A program made the position numbers and the translations under genes. Shown piece after piece: positions 1 to 7,438 of a stretch of DNA of 20,951 nucleotides; positions within the stretch are counted from its first letter, which is position 1, and every line of letters starts with the position of its first letter. This stretch comes from a bacterium (GTDB taxonomy: Bacteria > Zhuqueibacterota > Zhuqueibacteria > Oceanimicrobiales > Oceanimicrobiaceae): positions 1-20,951 of the forward strand of contig JBHHXT010000075.1 in assembly GCA_046757165.1 (NCBI GenBank). The letters run 5' to 3'. The notes under the pieces were generated by a model, which saw only the letters and a program-made list of their open reading frames with translations, did not search any database and was not told the DNA's origin.

Positions 1-25
1 TTTCCGGTAGGAGGTGATTCAAGCA

Positions 26-55
26 CCGATCCGACACGGTCTCTGACCGTGTATT
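26..55. repeat. REP-like hairpin, GATCC-tagged family (copy 1)
   Basis: CCGATCC-G-ACACGGTC-TCT-GACCGTGT: 8-bp stem (34-41/45-52) with a 3-nt loop. Related copies at 2688, 2820 and 2871. Confidence 0.8.
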
Positions 56-331
56 ATACAGATGGCCAGGTGCCAGGCAGATTTGAATTTAATAGGATGG
101 AAACACGAATAGGAGTTGTCCCCGCTGCAATTGACCTTGGTTAACTTTCGTCGCCTGGTCACACTCCCGGTCATCCATTTCGACTGTTTGCAAAGCCAAC
201 CCGAAGAAATTCGGCAGACCTTGCTCTCCTTGATCGCCTCGCCACCCTTGTCAGCCCTTCTAAAGATCGATGCCCGGACGAATTATGGTCACGTGATGAG
301 TCCTGCGCTTTTGGACGTTTGCGCGGCGTAA

Positions 332-2626
332 TCAAGCGTCCCGTTCGTCGGGCTTGCCGCCACCCCCGTGTTCTGCCATCCGCTTGCGCCCGAGCGCAAT
401 GCCCTGCTCGGCGATCTCGAGCGTGATCGTTCGAGCCTCCTGCTGCCGGGCAAACGCTTCAATAAGATGACGAACGGAGGTGCGCATGAATCCTTCCGGG
501 ACGCGCTGCACCCGTTGCTCTGCTTCCGGCGTCCATTCGAGCGTGACGTCCGGACGATCGCTGTGAGATTCCGAATCAGACTCGGAATGGAACGCGCCAG
601 CGCTGGCCCAGATGCCCTTCGCACGTTCAAGCACCGCGGGGGTGACCGTCTCTTTTCCCAGAGCACGGGCACACCGCTCAACCTCCAGCACGACCATGCC
701 GCGCACGAAGTCGGGGATGCGGTTGATGCGCTCGAGCGCTGACGGCTCCCACTCGAGCGTCCGGGACTGTTTTTCCGAGCCGGCGGCCCAGGCTGCATAC
801 TTTTCCTCAACCAGCTCAGGCGTGACCGTTCCGGTACCCTGTTGCCGCGCAAACGCCTCGATGCGCTGGCTGGTCAGGTCGCGCATAAAGCCTGGTGGAA
901 CCCGTTGCAGCCGTTGCCGGGCAGCCTCCGTCCACACCAGCGGCCCGGCATCCGCTGACTTGCCGGCTGGCGCTTGTGGTCCTCCCTCCTGCTCGAGTTT
1001 CGATGCGTCGCCGGAACCAACTGTTTCGCCAGTTTCCTCTTCAATGGCCTGTAACGCGAACTCGAGAGTGATGGCTGGAATCTTTCGGACTCTGGCCATC
1101 TTCTCGATGCGTGCTCTAACGCGGCGCCGGGCGGTGCCCGACGGAACCGAACGCAGAGCCCGCCTGGCCTCCTCGGTCCAGGTCAGCCGGACGCCATCAA
1201 ACGCGGTTTCTTCCTTCAGGCCGCCTTCGTTTTTGGCGCTCGACGCCATGCTTCCTTCGTCCAGCCTGGAAAAACTCTTGCCTGAGGCGCCACACACGAC
1301 GCATGTAGCCGGCGCCTGCCGTCGCGCTGTGTGGCCGCAGTTATCGCAGACAAAAACGGACTCTTTGGCCACCTGCCGTTCAGCCACCTTAGCGGCCATG
1401 CCCATGGCAGCGGCAGCGCCGGGCGGCAAAATATCCCCCATGGCCTCATCGATGACACCTGAGGTGATGACAGAATGACCGCGCTCCATGGCCCAGCGCA
1501 GCACCGCGCTGCGGGCGACGCCGCGCACAAAGTCCGGCACCCTGTCCATGCGGCCGATGGCCTCATCTGTCCAGTGGATCGCCTCCTGAGCTTTCAAGTC
1601 GACCGGCGGCACGAGCTCTCCGCTGGCCAGGAAGATGTGGCACGGAACCGACCGCATCAGATTCTCGCAGTTGCTGCCGATGTCCATATCCGGCTCACTA
1701 TGCACGCCGATTCGGCCACAGATGAGCAGCCAGGCATTCTGTTTGATGACGTATTGTTTGATCTGCTCAAATGGCTTCCCTGGTAGAAGCGTGCTCTCCA
1801 TGTCCAGCCCCTCCGCCTTTGCCAGCTTCTTCCCCACTTCGAGATGTGACTGATAGATCTTCGCCAGACCGGTATCGATCACCTCTTCATGCATCTGTTC
1901 CTGCTCTTTGAACTTGAACACCTTCGCCGCCTCGTCGGAGAGAACATCAGCAATGCTGTGGAAAATGCTGTAGTGCAGGTAGGGGTCATAGACCGCCACG
2001 GCCTGCAGCGGCTTGTCAAAATGCCTGGCGAGATACATGCCGATCGCAAGACCGTGAAACGACTGCGGGCTGCCATCGAGCGCAACGACGATCGGCCGGG
2101 CTGCTGAGCGTCCGTTGACCTGCTCCTGCCACGGCTGAACCTCTTTGACGACGAGGGTGTCGACCTGGATACGGCGCACCACGCGCTCGGTCACACTGCC
2201 GATGACACTGCTCTTGATGGCGCCCTGGCCATGCGCCCCCATGACCACGAGGTCATAGTCACTGGCGCGAATGTCTTTGACCAGCTCCTGGTAGTTTCGT
2301 CCATCGAAGGTCTTTTTTTCGAACGGCAAGCCGGCCTCGGCGCAGCGTTTTTCCAGCACGTCCAGATAAGAGTGGCTGATGAGCCGCAAACCTTCGGCGA
2401 TCAGGCTGTCGTGCGTACGGCGTTGTTTCTCGAGCTCGGCTTCGGCGCGATATTCGTCCGGCAGCGTGAACTCCATCTGTTTGAAACGCGTGTCGTGCAT
2501 CTTTGCTGCATAGACGTGGCTGCCGACCAGGCGGGCACCCGTGGCTTTGGCAAGCGCGATAGAAAAATCCATACAAGAATTGGAATGCTGCGAATTGTCA
2601 ACAGGGATGTAGATTTTTTTGTACAT
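332..2626 (-). CDS. Universal stress protein (two USP domains) fused to a rubredoxin-like CxxC..CxxC knuckle and five PCP-reductase (BchB/ChlB C-terminal)-like repeats
   Basis: USP motifs YKKIYIPVDNS, DLVVMGAHGQG..IGSVTERVVR, IVVALDGS and GRIGVH..IGSNCENLMR. Knuckle CDNCG...CVVCG. Five W(T/E)xxAxxRxxRxPxFxR-like repeats. 764 aa. Confidence 0.9.
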   Translation of the reverse strand: MYKKIYIPVDNSQHSNSCMDFSIALAKATGARLVGSHVYAAKMHDTRFKQMEFTLPDEYRAEAELEKQRRTHDSLIAEGLRLISHSYLDVLEKRCAEAGLPFEKKTFDGRNYQELVKDIRASDYDLVVMGAHGQGAIKSSVIGSVTERVVRRIQVDTLVVKEVQPWQEQVNGRSAARPIVVALDGSPQSFHGLAIGMYLARHFDKPLQAVAVYDPYLHYSIFHSIADVLSDEAAKVFKFKEQEQMHEEVIDTGLAKIYQSHLEVGKKLAKAEGLDMESTLLPGKPFEQIKQYVIKQNAWLLICGRIGVHSEPDMDIGSNCENLMRSVPCHIFLASGELVPPVDLKAQEAIHWTDEAIGRMDRVPDFVRGVARSAVLRWAMERGHSVITSGVIDEAMGDILPPGAAAAMGMAAKVAERQVAKESVFVCDNCGHTARRQAPATCVVCGASGKSFSRLDEGSMASSAKNEGGLKEETAFDGVRLTWTEEARRALRSVPSGTARRRVRARIEKMARVRKIPAITLEFALQAIEEETGETVGSGDASKLEQEGGPQAPAGKSADAGPLVWTEAARQRLQRVPPGFMRDLTSQRIEAFARQQGTGTVTPELVEEKYAAWAAGSEKQSRTLEWEPSALERINRIPDFVRGMVVLEVERCARALGKETVTPAVLERAKGIWASAGAFHSESDSESHSDRPDVTLEWTPEAEQRVQRVPEGFMRTSVRHLIEAFARQQEARTITLEIAEQGIALGRKRMAEHGGGGKPDERDA

Positions 2627-2687
2627 GACATCCTTCCCGGTTTTGCCGATTGTTTCGTTGCGGCATTTGACGTCTTATGCTCCAGCC

Positions 2688-2896
2688 CCGATCCTACACG
2701 GTCTCGGACCGTGTATTTGAGCTCCAGGGGTCGTCTGTCGGGTTCCAACGCTCCTGCGTTCCTGCCTGGTTCCAACGCTCCTGCGTTGGAACCCGTGTTT
2801 GACGCTCTGCGTCAAGCAAAAGGTCTCTGACCGTATATTTGAGGCCAGAGCGTGCCGGACAGAAAAACAAAACACAGTCAGAGACTGTGTTGGATC
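2688..2896. repeat. Composite REP/BIME-like intergenic cluster
   Basis: Three GATCC-family hairpin copies (2688-2721, partial 2820-2843, inverted 2871-2896). They flank a second type, GGTTCCAACGC-TCCT-GCGTTGGAACC (2768-2793, with a 20-nt direct duplicate at 2741-2760), and TTGACGC-TCT-GCGTCAA (2799-2815). Confidence 0.85.
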
Positions 2897-2944
2897 CTAG
2901 TCGCCGCAAATACGCCGACCAGCCGCCGGCAAGGCCTGGTCTCG

Positions 2945-3643
2945 TCATCTCAGCCGCTTGCCAGCCCTGCCCCGAATGGGCGCCTTGTCATAAACCTCGC
3001 TGACCCACACAACGTAACCCGTCTTGTATTCCGGGTGGTGAATATGAAAACTCTCATATTCAAAAAGCATGCGCGCCAGATAGATGAACTGAAAATTCAG
3101 ATCCGTGGCGTCCACGATCTCGGCAATGCCGTTGATCTGAAAGCTCTTGTAGTGTGGCCCGGGACTGGTAAATTGCAGACTGACGAGCGGATTGGCTTCA
3201 ATGTTGTTGAACGAATTCCCCCGGAAGATTTCCAGCATTCCCAGCTTGTTGGTGGCGATGTGGTCGCTGTTGTAGAAGCTCCGAATCGCCTCGACTCGTT
3301 GGCGCTTGCTGAACTTCCAGTTTTGTCCTTTGTTAACCTCCAACAAGGTCCTGAAGGTGTCACAGTATCCTTGCAGGTATTCGTCCTTCGGGAGTAAACC
3401 CACGCCTTTGGTGGACGTGTGAAAGGGAAACACGCCCTGCCGGCTTACGGTTGTCACCACCGGCAGATGGGCTGCAAAACTCGGCACCACCTCTTTGTTG
3501 GCGATGTCCTGAAAAATCGCCTGACGGTCTTCGAGCTGCCAGTGGAGAAACTCGGTGGTGAAATCGCAAAGCGGATAGGTACAGCCGCCATTGCCGTTCA
3601 GGGATTCTATCGCGATGGTCTTACCATTCTTGTGCAGGTTCAT
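2945..3643 (-). CDS. Pyridoxamine 5'-phosphate oxidase-like split-barrel (FMN/haem-binding) protein
   Basis: C-terminal NSFNNIEANPLVSLQF..SFQINGIAEIV and YVVWVSEVYDKAP match the PNPOx-like barrel pattern. GGAGA RBS precedes the ATG. Co-oriented in the operon. Confidence 0.65.
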   Translation of the reverse strand: MNLHKNGKTIAIESLNGNGGCTYPLCDFTTEFLHWQLEDRQAIFQDIANKEVVPSFAAHLPVVTTVSRQGVFPFHTSTKGVGLLPKDEYLQGYCDTFRTLLEVNKGQNWKFSKRQRVEAIRSFYNSDHIATNKLGMLEIFRGNSFNNIEANPLVSLQFTSPGPHYKSFQINGIAEIVDATDLNFQFIYLARMLFEYESFHIHHPEYKTGYVVWVSEVYDKAPIRGRAGKRLR

Positions 3644-3686
3644 GCGTCATTTCTCCATGGTTAGTGATTGACCGAAAACCAGGCAG

Positions 3687-5312
3687 TCACGTCCTTTGTC
3701 GAACCCGCCTGACACACCACAGCTCAAAGAATCCAGCCACCAGAACGCCCAGGAAACCAAAGAGATAGGCGGTCAACGTGTTGGAAGATTCCAGGGTCAC
3801 GTAGGCCCAGGCAGAAAGCGACATGATCTTCCCGGTTTCCCCACGGGAGCCATCCCACGCCTGGACGGCCAGAGGAATGAGCTTGCCAGGCTCGAATTGA
3901 ATATCATTTGCCCGATCCCGGGTTTTGCGCGACCGCCAGACCACCACGCGCCAGACACCCTGGCTCCATTTGCTCGCCGAAAAAGTCGTCTGGCTGGAAT
4001 CCGGTTGCGGCTGCAACGGATTCTTGTATCCCGTGCCGTTCATTTCAAGCACCGCGCCGGCACGGTTGCCGGTTTCTGCCCGGTCAGCGTGCCACTTCCA
4101 CAAGTTGACCTTCTTGCCGACCTGGCCCCAGAAAAAGTGCGGCTTCTCCGGACCATCCGGGATCTTGACCGGAAATTGCAGGCAAATCGCATCGCGCAGA
4201 TTCTTCTGCTCGAAAAGATGGCTGGCCGGAACATAGGTGTCAGCCATCAGCGCTTCCAGGTCTACCGCAGAGCTGTCGTGGGTGACATTCTTTGACCGGT
4301 CGTCCCATTCGATCAAGAATGCGATCTCATCAGCGTTGTACATCGAGCGCACGTAGACGGTGCTGATCGAATGATTCTGCCAGCGCGGTTTCGTGATCAC
4401 CTGCCCGGCCAGAGGGATAGCCAGGGCTTTGACTTGCTGCCACGCCGGGTCGTCGGGGTCTTTCGGCAGATCTCCCACACGCCGCCTGGACACGAGCACG
4501 ACCTCGCTGCCAGCTTTTTCATCGCGCGCAATGCTGGTGATATAATGAGCCAACTGCCAGCGCTCCTCTTCGCTCAGGTTCAGGGCAAAGTTGGGCATCG
4601 GGGTCCCGTTCACACCGGTCGTGAACCGCATATAAATGTCTTCTGCGCGGCTTCCGCCTTTGAACTTCCAGGCCTCGGCAAGATTGAAGGGATAGATTCT
4701 GTATCCCCAGTCATCCGTCAGGGTACCCGAAGAGGTGCCATCCCCACGGCCTTGCTCACCGTGGCACTCGCCGCATTTCATTTTCTCGAAAATCTTTCTG
4801 CCCCGGGCGATGACCTCCTCCGAGGCGGAGAGTCTGTCGCCAAGTTCAACCACCTGCGGTTCAATCCCCTCGAAGAAATCTGCGCCAAACTCCTTGATGT
4901 AGTAGATGACCTGCCAGCGTTCTTCTTCGGTCAGCAGGGTACCCCACGCAGGCATGGCTGTGCCTGGAATCCCTCGCGAGATCGTACGATACAAGTCCCG
5001 GTCCAACGGGGGATCGCCGTCGCGGGTGGTGCGAAATTTGAAGACGGCGAGCGTAAAGTCCCGCGGCCGCGGGTAGAGATAATCAGCGACCGGACCATTG
5101 CCGTCGCCGTCCTCACCATGACAAAAGCTGCACCGTTCCGTGTAGATTTGCTTTCCCTTTGCAAGGTTCTCTTCTGTGACCGGGAGCTGCGTGTCCGGGA
5201 TTTCAACTTCTTGCTGGCCGGCCAGGGAAGCGGGCCAGAGCAGAAACAACGCCACGGCCGGTGTGCACAGCGAGGTACTCAACCTCCGAAGAAATTGCGC
5301 CAGACCGTTCAT
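3687..5312 (-). CDS. Exported dihaem cytochrome c fused to an ethylbenzene dehydrogenase gamma/NxrC-like haem-b (DOMON-like) domain, with C-terminal membrane anchor
   Basis: Signal peptide. CSFCH and CGECH, each with a downstream Met (TAMP, TPMP). EB_dh-like motifs DPDDPAW, IAFLIEWDD, DAICLQFP, VNLWKW and LAVQAWDGSRGE. C-terminal TM helix. ATGA overlap with the upstream gene. Confidence 0.88.
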   Translation of the reverse strand: MNGLAQFLRRLSTSLCTPAVALFLLWPASLAGQQEVEIPDTQLPVTEENLAKGKQIYTERCSFCHGEDGDGNGPVADYLYPRPRDFTLAVFKFRTTRDGDPPLDRDLYRTISRGIPGTAMPAWGTLLTEEERWQVIYYIKEFGADFFEGIEPQVVELGDRLSASEEVIARGRKIFEKMKCGECHGEQGRGDGTSSGTLTDDWGYRIYPFNLAEAWKFKGGSRAEDIYMRFTTGVNGTPMPNFALNLSEEERWQLAHYITSIARDEKAGSEVVLVSRRRVGDLPKDPDDPAWQQVKALAIPLAGQVITKPRWQNHSISTVYVRSMYNADEIAFLIEWDDRSKNVTHDSSAVDLEALMADTYVPASHLFEQKNLRDAICLQFPVKIPDGPEKPHFFWGQVGKKVNLWKWHADRAETGNRAGAVLEMNGTGYKNPLQPQPDSSQTTFSASKWSQGVWRVVVWRSRKTRDRANDIQFEPGKLIPLAVQAWDGSRGETGKIMSLSAWAYVTLESSNTLTAYLFGFLGVLVAGFFELWCVRRVRQRT

Positions 5313-6118
5313 CGCTCCTCCAGGTTTTCTGGCTTGCGCGGCTCAACTCCGGCTGTCTGATATTCTGCCATAATGATTTTCCAGATTTCTACATCGGTCA
5401 GGTCGTTCTCCCACACAGGCATGGCCGAATCCCAGGGACTGGCCTCCCGGGGTAAGCCCGGCGCGCCCTTCTTGATGCGCCAAAAGGCGTACGCCTCGAC
5501 CACTGTCGCGATGGTGCCGGGGTCCCGAAAGTTTGCCGGCTTCAAACGAAACGCGCGCGCCATCGGGCCGTCACCCGCAGCTTTGGTGCCATGACACGGC
5601 CGGCAATTCTTTTGATAAAGCACCCGGCCCTCCAGAATAGCCTGCTCTATCTGCTCTGCCGAACCCTTTCGAAACGGATTCTCCAGCCTCTCGAAACTCT
5701 GTGGAATCGTGGGATGCTGAATGCGCAGCGAGGTCGGCGCCCGCATGCCGGGTGCAGCGTGGTCGAACAAAACCCAACCGACCAGCAGCGGGAAGGCGAC
5801 CAGGACAACCGCCCGCACATTCTGATGAATCCTGTCGCCCCGGGTCTCGATACGCTCCCGTCCCTCGAGAAGCTCGATGAGCGGCTCGCAGAATTCATGC
5901 AGCCGGTCTGGGTCGCTGGCAACGTAAACCAGAATCCCAACCACTGCGAGAATCAAATAAATGAACATCAAGGTGGAGGGCACCGGCAGCGGGTTTTCGC
6001 TCCCCGCGATCCACTGCGACAGATAGGGGAAGACGAACACAAAAAAGATCCCGAGACCGGCAAGGGTCATCAAAGACTGGTAGAAAATATTCAACCCGAT
6101 GCTGTTTTTCTTTGGCAT
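5309..6118 (-). CDS. Membrane-anchored monohaem cytochrome c
   Basis: Three hydrophobic N-terminal segments, CRPCH motif, distal Met in SAMPVW. Confidence 0.88.
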   Translation of the reverse strand: MPKKNSIGLNIFYQSLMTLAGLGIFFVFVFPYLSQWIAGSENPLPVPSTLMFIYLILAVVGILVYVASDPDRLHEFCEPLIELLEGRERIETRGDRIHQNVRAVVLVAFPLLVGWVLFDHAAPGMRAPTSLRIQHPTIPQSFERLENPFRKGSAEQIEQAILEGRVLYQKNCRPCHGTKAAGDGPMARAFRLKPANFRDPGTIATVVEAYAFWRIKKGAPGLPREASPWDSAMPVWENDLTDVEIWKIIMAEYQTAGVEPRKPENLEER

Positions 6119-6178
6119 GGACTCTCTCTGTGAAATTCGAAGTCAGAAAAGCAGAGCTTTTCCTGGAAGTGACCGAGC

Positions 6179-6208
6179 ACCCTCGAGGGTCTCGAACCTT
6201 CGCAAGGT
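6179..6208. repeat. Twin short palindromes (REP-like)
   Basis: ACCCTCGAGGGT (perfect, 6179-6190) and ACCTT-CGC-AAGGT (6196-6208), 5 nt apart. Confidence 0.6.
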
Positions 6209-6241
6209 CTTAGACGGCAACATTCGAGATACTTATAGAAA

Positions 6242-6404
6242 CTAGGACTCAAGAATCTTTCTTACCACGAAATGCACGAAGTTCACGAAGACATCTGTAA
6301 TTTTAATAAACTGAGATATTTGTGGCTGAAAACCTTGCTCTGTTGCTACTGTTTCTTCTTCGTGTCCTTCGTGCACTTCGTGGTTCATGAAACTTCCAGT
6401 CTAG
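6242..6404. mobile_element. CTAG-bounded MITE-like element with internal inverted CACGAA repeat arrays
   Basis: CTAG at both ends. 28-bp inverted repeat 6264-6291/6357-6384 (25/28 match). Right end TTCATGAAACTTCCAGTCTAG resembles the right end of the 11056-11228 element. AT-rich non-coding core. Confidence 0.6.
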
Positions 6405-6421
6405 AACTTAGAGCTTCGAGC

Positions 6422-7438
6422 TTAGCGCTGCGCGCTTAGCGCTTCGCCCTTCAAAGTCAGCAGATAGGCCAGAATATCATGCAACACTTGCACAGAGAGC
6501 AGCTCTGCGAAATTGCCCGGCATCACCGAGACCGGTTGCGGCACCCGCCTGTCAATGTCCGCTTTCTTGACGTAGAGCGTCTCCGGCAGAGAGGTGACCA
6601 GCATGAGCGTTTCGTCGTCTTCGCTCTTGGCCAGACCCGCGAGATACGTCCCTTTGCGGGTGATGACGAGCTCTGATTCATATCCGCTGGCGATGACCTT
6701 GCTCGGACTCAAGATTGATTCCAGAATGTACTGCGGGCTGCGCGTGGCGGCAATCATGGTCAGCGCCGGGCCGACTGTGCCGCCGGTTTCCTGCCCGTTT
6801 TCGTCGATAGCCGTGTGGCACCGGACACAGCCTGCCGGGCCCGTCACATCGTAAAACCAGTGCCGGCCCGCCTGCCAATCCCCCGCGATGTACGGTTTGA
6901 AAGGCTCAGGTGCAGTCGATGCAGCCGCCAACACCCTGGCAGGCAAGGCAATTGCGCCCGGGTCCGGTTCATCTCCTTGTGATTGCAAGTAGGTGATCAC
7001 GGCCTTGATTTCGTCGGCCGACAACGAGATGGGGGGCATATAAACCAGCGGCATTTCATTTTTGTAGCCCTTGACAACGTAGGCACCGGGCGTGGCGATC
7101 GATTCCACCAGGTAGTCGGTCGCAGACATGTTCTTTCCGGTTGCCGCAGCGCGCTCAGCGGCACGTTCCCCGGCGCGCAAGCCAATCATCGGGCCGAGGT
7201 CGCTGTCGCCCAGATTCGGGCAGCGGATGGCGCTTCCGCGGCTCCCGATGCTGTGGCAGGTGAAACATTTGCCCTTGCCCCAAAAAACCGCCTCGCCTGC
7301 CTCCGGATTGACCCCGGTTGCTCCGCCGCCGCCTGCCCCACCGCCACCGGAGATTTGAGTCAAAAGATCGGTGATGTAGACAAAAAACAGAATGATTGCC
7401 GTTGCAAAAATCGAGACCTTGAGGAAACCGGTTTTCAT
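6422..7438 (-). CDS. Membrane-anchored dihaem cytochrome c
   Basis: N-terminal TM helix and Gly linker. CFTCH with NEMP, and CVRCH with GPALT..YILESILSPS..SVMP. ATGA overlap with the bd-like gene. Confidence 0.9.
   Translation of the reverse strand: MKTGFLKVSIFATAIILFFVYITDLLTQISGGGGAGGGGATGVNPEAGEAVFWGKGKCFTCHSIGSRGSAIRCPNLGDSDLGPMIGLRAGERAAERAAATGKNMSATDYLVESIATPGAYVVKGYKNEMPLVYMPPISLSADEIKAVITYLQSQGDEPDPGAIALPARVLAAASTAPEPFKPYIAGDWQAGRHWFYDVTGPAGCVRCHTAIDENGQETGGTVGPALTMIAATRSPQYILESILSPSKVIASGYESELVITRKGTYLAGLAKSEDDETLMLVTSLPETLYVKKADIDRRVPQPVSVMPGNFAELLSVQVLHDILAYLLTLKGEALSAQR

Noticed and set aside
116..331. 71-aa plus-strand ORF converging on the USP gene
   Set aside because: TTG start abuts the putative RBS and there is no recognisable motif; it cannot be supported as a gene.
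2688..2896. CRISPR array
   Set aside because: The repeats are of mixed types and orientations with no regular unique spacers, and there are no cas genes in the window.
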